Shown here in pieces: positions 1-12,331 of a DNA stretch of 64,000 nt. This DNA comes from Laetmonice hystrix. Lineage: Eukaryota. The stretch is from assembly GCA_965235115.1 (NCBI GenBank), contig OZ249436.1:1862001-1926000 (forward strand), given 5' to 3'. The number at the start of each line of letters is the position of its first letter. Within the stretch, counting starts at the first letter, position 1. The notes under the pieces were generated by a model. It was not told the origin of the DNA. It saw only the letters and a list, made by a program, of their open reading frames with translations, and did not search any database. A program made the position numbers and the translations under genes.

Positions 1-92
1 CACATGATATATGTGTATACTCTCGTGTCTCGGGTATGAAGGACTACAATTACATGTATACATCACACATGATGCTCTCGTGTCTCGGGTAT

Positions 93-310
93 GAAGACCA
101 GGGAAGAGCTGGCCTGGAAGGGTTCCAATCACCCGAGGACCGGTGGAAAGACCAGGGAAGAGCTGGCCGGGAAAGGTTCCAATCACACAGGACTGGTGGG
201 AAGACCAGGGAAGAGCTGGCCAGGAAGGGTTCCAATCACCCGAGGACCGGTGGGAAGACCAGGGAAGAGCTGGCCGGGAAAGGTTCCCATCACCCAGGAC
301 CGGTGGGACA
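93..310. repeat. Tandem repeat of about 54 bp x4
   Basis: GAAGACCAGGGAAGAGCTGGCC...GGTTCCAATCAC...GGACCGGTGG. Confidence 0.9.
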
Positions 311-1305
311 AGTATAAAAGAAGACCTCATACCACTTCTACAATCTCGGGGGGTGTCGTGAGGCGAGGTTTGGAGCAGATCGATATAAATATTTCAAGAC
401 TCTGCACGATATGACTTAAAATATTGCACGCACCCCTCCGCCATGCCAAACTCATATTTCATTAGTTCCCACCCGATTCTTTCGTCATTCCTCCCGATAT
501 GAATGAGCCAATCCCAGGCGTTCTCATTTCGCGAAATGGACTTTTTAAAATGGGGCATGTGTGGGCAGCGAGGGAGTGGCTTTGTAACACGCTTAGGTCC
601 ACTAATTCCTGCCTGGAGTGGTAATTCCTGCCTGGAGAAGGTAAAGTGAAACTGCAGGATGATTGATGGCGTTATTGGGCAGGCGGCGGGCGGTTAATGT
701 AACATTTATCTGCCGTCCATATCCTAGAAACGATCTTATTGAATTCACTAAATGGTTTGAAATGAGGTAATATCTCAGACTCTGTCGTTCCATGAAAAAT
801 TCAAGCTTCTATTTTTATCGAATTGATCCTCTTCGTTTGTCTCAATCAGGCTCAGTGGAGACTCATTAAGTCAGCGGCCATAAATCAAACCGTCCCCCGA
901 CCCTGGATGCTACACTTGGCTGACTGTAAAGAATCAAGTAGTATTTTCTCAGCCTTAATCAACATTTGAGCATGCACGAGGGCTATGTTTGTGTACGCTA
1001 CCCCTTCCCAACGTAAACGTTAGTTTCTTTCGTCGCCCGGCTGCCCACACCCCAATTATAGAAGGCAGCTGGCTGAGGCGTCAAAAACCTTCAATCGGAA
1101 CCATGCACTCAAAAACAATCATGCACCTTTCTTTCTTTGTCGTTGGTGTTGTTGTTGTTGTTGTTGTTGTCCTTCTTCTTCTTAATACTTGTTGTTCTTC
1201 TTCTACACGCCAAGGCTGAACTCTTTCCAATGTAGACGAACAAAGTACATGTTGTATATGGCGGACGTAAAGTATTTCAAATGAAAACTCTATCTATATG
1301 TATGT

Positions 1306-1722
1306 CATGGTCGAGTGGAGAATCTGGTTAGATTCTGAATCTACTGGGATGAAAATACAGAATCCCGATTACAGCTGGCGGAAATTAGAATCGGTAAAAT
1401 TGTTCTGAGAGAAATTAGAATCGGTAAAATTGTTCTGAGAGAAATTAGAATCGGTAAAATTGTTCTGGGAGAAATTAGAATCGGTAAAATTGTTCTGAGA
1501 GAGATTGACAATCTTATTTCAACCAGTTTAGTTTTGTAAGTCTGTTGTCGTGCAAGGCTCGCGCCGGTTACAAGAATCCTGACGATTATAGCCGGGTAGA
1601 TTTGGAATCAAGGAAAATTTACTGAAAATTCCCATCTATAAAATCTGGATCCTAGCCGCTCAGAATTAGAATCCTGATTTCATCCGGATAGATTCAAAAT
1701 CCAGATTCTCATTTCGACCATG
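1306..1722. mobile_element. MITE with imperfect TIRs of about 60 bp and an internal 30-bp repeat
   Basis: CATGGTCGAGTGGAGAATCTGG... versus ...CCAGATTCTCATTTCGACCATG. GAAATTAGAATCGGTAAAATTGTTCTGAGA x4 at 1381-1500. Confidence 0.7.
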
Positions 1723-3697
1723 CATGCAGTAGCCTATCTGTTTCCTATTTGGACGTGCCATTTTTACATATCCCACTGTGTGCATTCTTTCCATGTTAAT
1801 ATTATTGCGATTCGTTTGGTATAAAGTTGTGGTGTATTGAACATACCCGCCGTTTTATTGCGATACTGCACATGTGGTATAAAGTTGTGGTGTATTGAAC
1901 ATACCCCCGTTTTATTAACATGTTGTTAGGACTGGACGCGTTGTTGTGTAAAAAGAAGAACGCAATCACCCGTTGACAGTTGCAGACGACATTTGGCAGA
2001 GAAAACGCGCGCAAAGGTTGAACTGACTCGCATAATGTTGATGGATTGTGGAGGCAGAACGAGCGGCCAAACTTCTCCCCTCTACCAAGGCCGCCCTCCA
2101 CATCCCCCCCATGTGTCGTGCGTGTACAAGTTGTAATTTAGATTTATGACCAACTTGCATGTTGGTTACCATTACAAGTGGGGCGGTAGAAGAGTGCGCC
2201 GTGTCGCTTCACTCGATCCCAGACCTCCTTTTCCTCGCCCCCGTCTCTGATTGGTCGGAGGGTGGCTCGAAGCCTACTTGCTAAGTAGCCAACTTCTGAC
2301 AGACATCAAGAGCCCGCGGAACCTGTTTCTCGCCTCCAGTTCAGAGAGGTACTGGAAAGCCGGTATCATTTCCTGCTTTAATTAAAGTGTATCGTGCACA
2401 CGGCGGGTGAGAGGGTCGGCTATGGCGAATGGGCCCGCCATTCTATATGACGTTTTCGCGTGTACTTTTCTTACTATCAGAAGACAACTGGGCCCTGTGA
2501 GTGAGCGTGATAAAATGGCGGACATGAAAGCGACCACCGACCGTGATGGCTAGATAAATGTTGCCTTCTGCCCTCTTGTTCTCATCTCGCAAAATCTCGT
2601 TTCGTTTGAGGGCAATTAGGACAAAGACAGAAGCGGAAGGTCAAAGGTCAGTCGAAGATGAGGTTAGGGGAAGCAGCCAGCGCTGGCAGCCTGGCGAACA
2701 TACGGGTACCGTACTTGTTTCCTCCGGGCGGCCTCCAGGCGGTCTCCAGGCGCAAAGCGTCATCAGCGCAGACGAGAGGACGTCTTTGTAGATCGAATTC
2801 CCCAAAGAGAGACCGTGCCACATCCAAATGATAACACGGCGTTTCTTTGACTTACACAGATGAAAGAATATGTCACCTGTTTGTGAAATGAGTGGAATAA
2901 ACGTGGACAAAGAATGTTATTCTGTCACGCTCGCAGCCCGTTAGTACTGGAGGTCAGCGGTCCGGATTCTGCCGGCTCAGGCATGTAGCCATCCATCAGT
3001 CCCCGCCATATTTATCTAATCCACCCCAGTCACTCTAATCACCGGACACAATTTGGAGGTTCAATATTTTAGAAACTCCAATTGAAGCCACCAAAGCTGC
3101 TTTTCATTAGTCATCACCTGCATTGGGTGATGATTTATAGCAGCCACACACGAAGGACTTCCGTATAGGCTAGCCATAATATACTAATGATTCTTTGAAG
3201 TATTCCAACCAAATGTCCCTAGGAAATATCTTTTGAACTCTGGGATGTTGTTGTATAAGTACCAATCAAATCACTCAAAACCAGCACACTCTATTCGATC
3301 CCGTAGGGCGGTGATATCACAATCATAATCGACTTCAAAAGAAGTTAATTTACCCTGCACGATGACGGGGACCATGGAGCCTATATCAACCTGACACCTT
3401 ATACAACCAGCAAGTTAAACACATGAATTTTGTTCGTTTAGTAAAAAAACAAAACTAAAAAAGTATGGATGGATTTAAAACATGTCCGTAATGATACAAT
3501 GATGTCCTTTCATAATTTCTCAAGATTATGGCGGACTTTTCCTTACTCGTTGTCTTAAAAACAACAGAAATATACCCCCCCCCCCTTTAATGAATAACTC
3601 AATAATCTGATATTGCGGCCGTATCTACTATTATAAGGCTACAAATATTTATTTTGGAATCTAAGAATTCACTAAGGTGCGGGAGCTTTATATAATG

Positions 3698-4706
3698 TGT
3701 TACGCGCCACCTAGCGACCCATTTTCAAAAGGGGCTGACCCAATAACGAATTGGCAAATGGGTCGCCCATTTGCAAATGGCCGACCCATCTGTCAATGCC
3801 AAAACTCGGCAAAGTGGTGTCCCATTTGTAAATGGGTGTGACCCAATAATGAATGACTCGACAATACAAACTATGTACACGGAACACAATATTTACAAGT
3901 TGAAAAGTTTATTCATTCCCTATTGCCTTACCCTAACCCTATATAAGCCTCCAGTGCTACCTTTTTTAAAGCCATGCATTCGAACGGAAATAAAACCACC
4001 CTGAAAATATCCCAATCTACAGTAATTAAAAATGTAAAAACAGGATTCCATTGTTGATAACCCAAACAAGTTATTGTTAATTTATCAGCTTTTTTCCTCA
4101 TTTTCTTTATTACTCTGCATTTTTTGGACATTAACGGGCATTAACGAGATATTTGCTCATGTCCTCATGCCCCTGTTTGTGTTTGTGTGTTTGGGCAGGC
4201 TTTAAAAGGCTTCAAACTTTTAAAGGGGTTCGTGAACCATCCAAATCCCATACATTAATATTTCAATCAGATATTTGCTCATGTCCTCATAACCCTGTTG
4301 TTGTTGGTGTGTTTGGGCAGGCTTTAAAAGGCTTCAAACTTTTAAAGGGGATCGTGAACCATCCAAATCCCATACATTAATGTTTCAGCCATTTCAGGAA
4401 GCTCCAGATTGACAGATGGTCAGATTCACATATGGGTTGTCACATTACCCATTGCATTTTGCAAAAGGATCTGACCCAATCATAAATTTACATATATATT
4501 TCACATGCATTTTGCAAATGGGTCTGACCCAATCATGAATTTACAGATATATTTCACATGCATTTGCAAATGGATCTGACCCAATCATGAATTTACAGAT
4601 ATGTTTCACATGTATTAAAATTTTACAAATGGGCGATCCATGTGGAAATTTATTATGGAGTCAGATCCATTTGCAAAAGGGTCGGATTGTCAGATGGGTT
4701 GTAACA
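3698..4706. mobile_element. Degenerate TIR element with subterminal TTTGCAAATGGG repeats
   Basis: Ends are TGTTAC... / ...GTAACA. GACCCATTTGCAAATGG motifs recur in inverted orientation at both ends, and there is an internal duplication at 4147-4385. Confidence 0.5.
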
Positions 4707-4774
4707 TAATATTATGCAAATCGGTCATCATCTATTTCCAAAATCGTCCATTTTAGCCCTACCCGCCTCCCTTG

Positions 4775-5022
4775 GGTGGGTGGATGTTTGGGGTTTTACG
4801 CCTTGCAACACCCAGGGTCATATCACGGCGGTGAAGATGATGTTGAAAGTCAGTTTTACTTGGTGGAGGAAACCGGAGTACCCGGAGGAAACCACCGGCC
4901 TTCGGAAAAGAACTGACTGACAAACCTTTCACACATGCAGCCCTGGCCGGGAATCGAACCCGGACCGCAGTGGTGTGAGGCGATTGTCCTCGGTGTCATG
5001 AGCCAACACCTTAGACCACTGC
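4775..5022 (-). mobile_element. tRNA-derived SINE with V-domain-like core
   Basis: Minus strand: A-box-like CAGTGGTCTAAGG, B box GGTTCGATTCC (4960-4950), core GGTTTCCTCCGGGTACTCCGGTTTCCTCC, and tail GCGTAAAACCCCAAACATCCACCCACCC. Confidence 0.75.
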
Positions 5023-5789
5023 TGTATCATCACCAGGACCTAGAAATCTTATTCACATTTATGTAATTAAACCAAGCAAAGAACCCCCCCCCCCCCCCAA
5101 CGTGACATTGAGATTGACAAATGGCTGTAACAATTATAGATAAACACCATTGTATCGAATACTACTTGACACAATCACCATGAAAGGATGTCCATGTATA
5201 CAGTTTGTCAAGGTCACGGGACAAGGTGACGAGTGTGAAATCACTTATCGATGTTCACACGGTGCAGGCAGCCAGTCGGCGATCACATCGGCCGCGGTGT
5301 TTACACAGTTGTCAGACAGCGCCAGCTGAGAATATACAAACTACAACTGCATGGCGACCAATCGTTTACAGACGACGACATGAGATCGGCGCAGGCGATC
5401 CCAAAATTAAATGCATCGATTTATAATTGCAGAGGAGCAGCGGCTGCAAGAGAATAATTTGCTAACAATGTCGTAATTAATTTTGGACAGATACAATCTC
5501 CATGTTATTTGGTCCGGTATGAAACTTTAATATTAATAATTCACGTCAAGCAAAATATTTAAATGTCTCATGGCATGGATTGTAGAGAATTCGACTTTGT
5601 CCGACCACGCTGATATTTTAATAAATATTTTATCACAATAATATCTTACTCAACTTTGCATAATCAATTATTTCAATCTTACGCTATAGTTGGAGTAAAA
5701 TAAACGTAAAGTACGCACTAAAGTGAGCTCAGTGACTTACGTGAGAATCTCACTCTCTGTTCAAATAAAATGTTATGAATCCACACGCC

Positions 5790-6453
5790 TCCCCAAGTCC
5801 TATAATAACACATATCTTGCCGTCTCAACCGTAGCCATTTCTATATGTGCTCATAATGTGATCACTTTTCTATTAATCCTCAACGATCCCCAAGTCCTAT
5901 AATAACACACATATCTCGCCGTCTCAACCGTAGCCATTTTTATATATACTCATAATGTGATCACTTTTCTATTAATCCTCAACGATCCCCAAGTCCTATA
6001 ATAACACATATCTTGCCGTCTCAACCGTAGCCATTTCTATATGTGCTCATAATGTGATCACTTTTCTATTAATCCTCAACGATCCCCAAGTCCTATAATA
6101 ACACACATATCTCGCCGTCTCAACCGTAGCCATTTTTATATATACTCATAATGTGATCACTTTTCTATTAATCCTCAACGATCCCCAAGTCCTATAATAA
6201 CACATATCTCGCCGTCTCAACCGTAGCCATTTTTATATATACTCATAATGTGATCACTTTTCTATTAATCCTCAACGATCCCCAAGTCCTATAATAACAC
6301 ATATCTTGCCATCTCAACCGTATACAGCCATCATAATTACGTGATAACTTTTCTATTAATCCTCAACGATCCCCCAAGTCCTATAATAACACATATCTTG
6401 CCACCTCAACCGTAGCCATTTTCACATGTGCTCATAATGTGATAAGTTTTCTA
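5790..6453. repeat. Tandem repeat of about 97-99 bp x7
   Basis: TCCCCAAGTCCTATAATAACACATATCT...TTAATCCTCAACGA. Confidence 0.92.
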
Positions 6454-6467
6454 TATGTCTATATGGG

Positions 6468-6965
6468 TCTATATGTCTGATACAGCGTTCTGTATCAGGA
6501 CACTCGGTCGTTCCTGTGTCTGATACAGCGTTCTGTATCAGGACACTCGGTCGTTCCTGTCTATATGTCTGATACAGCTTTCCGTATCAGGACACTCGGT
6601 CGTTCCTGTCTATATATGTCTGATACAGCTTTCCGTATCAGGGCACTCGGTCGTTCCTGTCTATATATGTCTGATACAGCTTTCCGTAGGCTACCAGGAC
6701 ACTCGGTCGTTCCTGTCTATATATGTCTGATACAGCGTTCTGTATCAGGACACTCGGTCGTTCCTGTGTCTGATACAGCTTTCCGTATCAGGACACTCGG
6801 TCGTTCCTGTCTATATATGTCTGATACAGCTTTCCGTACCAGGACACTCGGTCGTTCCTGTTTATATTATATCTGATACAGCTTTCCGTATCAGGACACT
6901 CGGTCGTTTCTGTGTCTGATACAGCTTTCCGTATCAGGACACTCGGTCGTTCCTGTTTATATATT
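6468..6965. repeat. Tandem repeat of about 43-51 bp x10
   Basis: GTCTGATACAGCTTTCCGTATCAGGACACTCGGTCGTTCCTGT(CTATATAT). Confidence 0.92.
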
Positions 6966-7056
6966 TCAGAGGACGGGATGTAACACGTTCCCTCTCAACC
7001 CCCATGATGTCATCATTACTGTAAGAAAACGTTACATGCGGGCACACAATAGACAA

Positions 7057-7530
7057 CCGAGAGAAACGAGAACTTACCGAGAGAAACGAGAACTTACCGA
7101 GAGAAACGAGAACTTACCGAGAGAAACGAGAACTTACCGAGAGAAACGAGAACTTGACCCCTATCTATACATTGTGTTAGAAGAAATATATAACGAGAAC
7201 TTGACCCCTATCTATACATTGTGTTAGAAGAAATACATAAGGCAACCACAAGTATAGATCTAAGTGTGACAATTGGTTAGGCCTATTATGCGTGCCAATG
7301 TCATCATATTAACAACTTTTCTTTTCCCGACCAGACAGGAGACTGAACGAAAACCACACCAGTTGAATGTCGTCTTTTTGTTACAGAAGTTTGAGTCGTT
7401 AACACGTCACAAGGTCAACACGTCACGAGGTCAACACGTCACGAGGTCATCACGTCACGAGGTCAACACGTCACGAGGTCATCACGTCACGAGGTCAACA
7501 CGTCACGAGGTCAACACGTCACGAGGTCAT
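7057..7530. repeat. Short tandem repeats (20-bp x5; duplication of about 46 bp; 15-bp x8)
   Basis: ACCGAGAGAAACGAGAACTT x5 at 7057-7156 and CACGTCACGAGGTCA(A/T) at 7403-7530. Confidence 0.85.
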
Positions 7531-8575
7531 CCCCCGTCACCACCATCTGGACTGACCAGCACGTGACGTGCCAGCTTTGAAAACTTTACAAAGGCCGACA
7601 GGGAGAGCTGGTCGGCAACTGACTGGACTCGGTGTGAACAACGAGGTGATCAGCCCCGGTGTCACATAACTCGCACACCGACGGCTCACCGATACACGTC
7701 GACAGAGTCGAGTTACAATAAAGTCGTTTAAAACAGCGTCAATGTGAGGTGGGTCGTGCGGGGACCGCGAAATATGACCGTATATGGTATGGTCACGTGA
7801 CGGGAGGTTGCACCAATCTGGGATTGGCATGAATCCGTCGAGGGTCCATGGAACCAGCCTTGCGGCCTCACTGGCCTGGGCATGGTGACATCACTGGATC
7901 CGGGATGGTGGGGGGGGGGGGGGTACAGCAGACAAAGTGAGAACTTATTACAAACCTAGTTAGTGGCAAGTATTGGATGCTGTAAGACTGAGCCGTAACT
8001 ATGACATGTAGTGTGTAGCCCGATAAGTTTGGTGGTACATTACACTCGTGTTACAGGTCGCTGAGTTCGGTATCGAGGATTTTAATTATCTATGAAAAAG
8101 GACTTAAAATAAACATCGAAATCAGATTACAATCTATTTGTCAACTTTTTGAAAAGGAACCATAGCTGTATTTTAATATGTACGAAAACATTTGCTGTGT
8201 TAATATAGAACATTGTTTAGGTTTTTTATTGTCCTATTTATCGGGTCGATGGTTAAAATAATCTATTTCGACAAAACCCAGTAAAATGAAATGAAATGCG
8301 CTAAAACGCGACCGGGATGCTGCAATATACTAAAGTGCAATTTGCAAACTCATAGTGGTCCGCCCAGTTTCTGCAACAGATTCGCCAGAAAACTGAAGGC
8401 GGATGTAAATACAATGTACAGGCCACACGAACGTATAGGTAGGCTCCTATATCTGTCCGAATCTCAGTGAGCAAATAAAAACTACGCTTGTATAGAAACA
8501 CGAAAGGGGTTCAAAGTACTGCGGAGAACTGTTGACGAACTGCATATTTGATCACAGGGATATCAAACCCCCGTC

Positions 8576-9466
8576 TTTCAGACTTGTGTAGTTTAGCAAG
8601 GTTGTGTTTTCAGACTTGTGTAGTTTGGCAAGGCTGTGCTTTCAGACTTGTGTAGTTTAGCACGGCTGTGTTTTCAGACTTGTGTAGTTTAGCAAGGCTG
8701 TGTTTTCAGACTTGTGTAGTTTAGCAAGGCTGTGTTTTCAGACTTGTGTAGTTTAGCAAGGCTGTGTTTTCAGACTTGTGTAGTTTAGCACGGCTGTGTT
8801 TTCAGACTTGTGTAGTTTAGCAAGGCTGTGTTTTCAGACTTGTGTAGTTTAGCAAGGTTGTGTTTTCAGACTTGTGTAGTTTGGCAAGGCTGTTACTTGT
8901 GTAGTTTAGCAAGGCTGTGTTTTCAGACTTGTGTAGTTTAGCAAGGCTGTGTTTTCAGACTTGTGTAGTTTAGCAAGGCTGTGTTTTCAGACTTGTGTAG
9001 TTTAGCAAGGTTGTGTTTTCAGACTTGTGTAGTTTAGCAAGGCTGTGTTTTCAGACTTGTGTAGTTTAGCAAGGCTGTGTTTTCAGACTTGTGTAGTTTA
9101 GCAAGGCTGTGTTTTCAGACTTGTGTAGTTTAGCAAGGCTGTGTGTTCAGACTTGTGTAGTTTAGCAAGGTTGTGTTTTCAGACTTGTGTAGTTTAGCAC
9201 GGCTGTGTTTTCAGACTTGTGTAGTTTAGCACGGTTGTGTTTTCAGACTTGTGTAGTTTAGCACGGCTGTGTTTTCAGACTTGTGTAGTTTAGCAAGGCT
9301 GTGTTTTCAGACTTGTGTAGTTTAGCACGGCTGTGTTTTCAGACTTGTGTAGTTTAGCAAGGCTGTGTTTTCAGACTTGTGTAGTTTAGCAAGGCTGTGT
9401 TTTCAGACTTGTGTAGTTTAGCAAAGCTGTGTTTTCAGACTTGTGTAGTTTAGCAAAGCTGTGTTT
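8576..9466. repeat. 32-bp minisatellite, about 28 copies
   Basis: TTTCAGACTTGTGTAGTTTAGCAAGGCTGTGT. Confidence 0.95.
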
Positions 9467-9508
9467 GAGGTGGGGATTTCTTAATACAATGGCCATCTGC
9501 AGCTGGGT

Positions 9509-9595
9509 TCAGACATCAATGGCTGTCCTGGAGATGGGTCGGCCGCCTAACAGCTGTTCACGGCCAAATATGTGCTCAACCAATTTGGCGGCATT
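9509..9595 (-). CDS. Candidate terminal coding exon (NAAKLVEHIFGREQLLGGRPISRTAIDV*) of an unidentified minus-strand gene
   Basis: Unique island between two minisatellites. Acceptor CTTCTCTAACAG, open phase-0 frame, protein-like sequence with a possible PDZ-ligand end. Confidence 0.4.
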   Translation of the reverse strand, partial: NAAKLVEHIFGREQLLGGRPISRTAIDV

Positions 9596-9692
9596 CTGTT
9601 AGAGAAGTACGGACCAAGGAAAGGTGGTGTCGTGGCCGGGTGTGACGTCAGTCGGGGTTGGGGTGAAGTAGGGTGGGGCTCTGGCTAGTGTG

Positions 9693-11143
9693 GTAGTTGT
9701 GTATGTGGGTGTATAGATGTGTGGGGTTTAGAGATGTAGTTGTGTATGTGGGTGTAGTTGTGTGGGGTTTAGGGATGTAGTTGTGTATGTAGTTGTGTGG
9801 GGTTTAGGGATGTAGTTGTGTATGTGGGTGTAGTTGTGTGGGGTTTAGGGATGTAGTTGTGTATGTAGTTGTGTGGGGTTTAGGGATGTAGTTGTATTTT
9901 TCTTTTGAAATGCACGGGCATCAGGGGTAACCCAATTACTTTGACAATGTCCCTAAAGAGAAAAGTTGTATAGTCCTCTACAGGAATCGAACCCAGGCCC
10001 TAAGATTACTGCACCCATTCGCATAGTATGTGGGTGTAGTTGTGTGGGGTTTAGGGATGTAGTTGTGTATGTAGTTGTGTGGGGTTTAGGGATGTAGTTG
10101 TGTATGTGGGTGTAGTTGTGTGGGGTTTAGGGATGTAGTTGTGTATGTGGGTGTAGTTGTGTGGGGTTTAGGGATGTAGTTGTGTATGTGGGTGTAGTTT
10201 TGTGGGGTTTAGTGATGTATTGTGTATGTGGGTGTAGTTGTGTGGGGTTTAGTGATGTATTGTGTATGTGGGTGTAGTTGTGTGGGGTTTAGGGATGTAT
10301 TGTGTATGTGGGTGTAGTTGTGTGGGGTTTAGTGATGTATTGTGTATGTGGGTGTAGTTGTGTGGGGTTTAGGGATGTATTGTGTATGTGGGTGTAGTTG
10401 TGAGGGGTTTAGTGATGTATTGTGTATGTGGGTGTAGTTGTGTGGGGTTTAGTGATGTATTGTGTATGTGGGTGTAGTTGTGTGGGGTTTAGGGATGTAT
10501 TGTGTATGTAGGTGTAGTTGTGTGGGGTTTAGTGATGTATTGTGTATGTGGGTGTAGTTGTGTGGGGTTTAGGGATGTGTTGTGTATGTGGGTGTATTGT
10601 TGTGGGGTTTAGGGATGTATTGTGTATGTGGGTGTAGTTGTGTGGGGTTTAGTGATGTATTGTGTATGTGGGTGTAGTTGTGTGGGGTTTAGTGATGTAT
10701 TGTGTATGTGGGTGTAGTTGTGTGGGGTTTAGGGATGTGTTGTGTATGTGGGTGTAGTTGTGTGGGGTTTAGTGATGTATTGTGTATGTGGGTGTAGTTG
10801 TGTGGGGTTTAGGGATGTGTTGTGTATGTGGGTGTAGTTGTGTGGGGTTTAGTGATGTATTGTGTATGTGGGTGTATTGTTGTGGGGTTTAGTGATGTAT
10901 TGTGTATGTGGGTGTAGTTGTGTGGGGTTTAGAGATGTGTTGTGTATGAGGGTGTAGTTATGTGGGGTTTAGGGATGTATTGTGTATGTGGGTGTAGTTG
11001 TGAGGGGTTTAGGGATGTATTGTGTATGTGGGTGTAGTTGTGTGGGGTTTAGGGATGTATTGTGTATGTGGGTGTAGTTGTGTGGGGTTTAGTGATGTAT
11101 TGTGTATGTGGGTGTAGTTGTGTGGGGTTTAGGGATGTGTTGT
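9693..11143. repeat. 40-bp G/T-rich minisatellite, about 33 copies
   Basis: GTGGGTGTAGTTGTGTGGGGTTTAG(G/T)GATGTATTGTGTAT. The + strand has essentially no C. Confidence 0.95.
9896..10025 (-). mobile_element. tRNA-derived SINE fragment inserted in the 40-bp minisatellite
   Basis: About 130 bp of non-repeat sequence with a minus-strand B box (GGTTCGATTCC) and an A-rich tail, flanked on both sides by array units. Confidence 0.55.
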
Positions 11144-11918
11144 CTATATATAGTATGGCTGGGTGTAGAAGATGCACATGTATATATATAATTGTATATT
11201 TTGCGGTATAGATTGGCAAGGGGGTAGTTTCGTTGGTCTTTTTATCATTCCTACATTTATGTAACACAATAGGATTTGGTTTTTACTCTTTATGCATGTA
11301 TCCTATTGCAGACGGGAATGTCGGGTTTTTTTTATAACTGGTGAAGCCACTTCCAGAAGTCTCAGTGACGACTCCTACTCGCATATAACTTCGTCCATAG
11401 TTGGTGAGTACAACCCCGGCAGAATTCTCCAAATTCCAAACCCATATATGGTATACACCCCCAACGAATCATAATGTTCCGTGGGCCCCAATGATAATTC
11501 TTAAAAGTTTTCAGACGTCACCTCTGAAAGGTGTGCAACATGTTACATTTGACAAAATTGCCGAACCTGACGGTTTAAATTAACTGCACATGAACAGATT
11601 ATACCCGCGGCAATCACCTAGAATTACCACTCCCTGACAGGTATACTGAACGAATTAACTCATCACGAGACATCAGGTGGATCGAAACAACCATCCTTGG
11701 TCAGTGTTTGTGTGTTCACTATCCATTCTCTGACAGGTATACTGAACGAATTAACTCATCACGGGACATCAGGTGGATCGAAACAACCATCCTTGGTCAG
11801 TGTTTGTGATTGTGTTCACTACCCACCGCCGCCATTGTAAGTACCCGTCCAGGTACCCTACTACCGACCCTGGTACACGTCCATGTCTTTGTTAAACATC
11901 TATTGTGCTGGGTCCAAC

Positions 11919-12331
11919 CTGCAGGCAGCCATTAAGTTCAGAAGCTGTTAAGTTTCAAACTTTGGCTGTCGTGCTGTCACATGGTCTTGTTGAACTCGTC
12001 CTCGCCACCAGTGGTGTGTGCCACCTGCGGGGGCCTAACGCCGGATTAAGGGGCGAGCCGCCGGTAGCTGCCGGGCGAGTGTTCCCGGTGAACAGGCCAC
12101 AGGAGATAGCATCGAGAACCTGCTCGCTGGGCCGCCCACGGTCGCCCGTTGTGGCCCGGGGCTTGCACCGAGGAGGGCCGGGGAGAGGGCCGGCTTGTCC
12201 CGGTACGGCCCCTGCGGTCGGGCCACGGTGGGCGGCCGGCCGAGCGATGGGCCGTGGCCGGGTGGGGGTCGGGCGGCGCCGTTTTTTGTATTGTTCCCGG
12301 CCGCCGTTCATCATACTCTCATCGTGGAGGC
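11919..12331 (-). CDS. Candidate GC-rich coding exon (Pro/Arg-rich, ...SEQVLDAISCGLF...)
   Basis: Acceptor TCCGGTCAG|12331. Only one frame is open from the acceptor (LHDESMMNGGREQYKKRRR...), running to TGA at 11957. Possible donor CAG|GTTGG at 11919. No homology recognised. Confidence 0.3.

Noticed and set aside
2641..2910. 89-aa minus-strand ORF in a CpG-rich, promoter-like region (CCAAT at about 2250, AAAATGGCGG at about 2512)
   Set aside because: I could not link it to other exons or to a known family, and the direction of any transcript is unclear.
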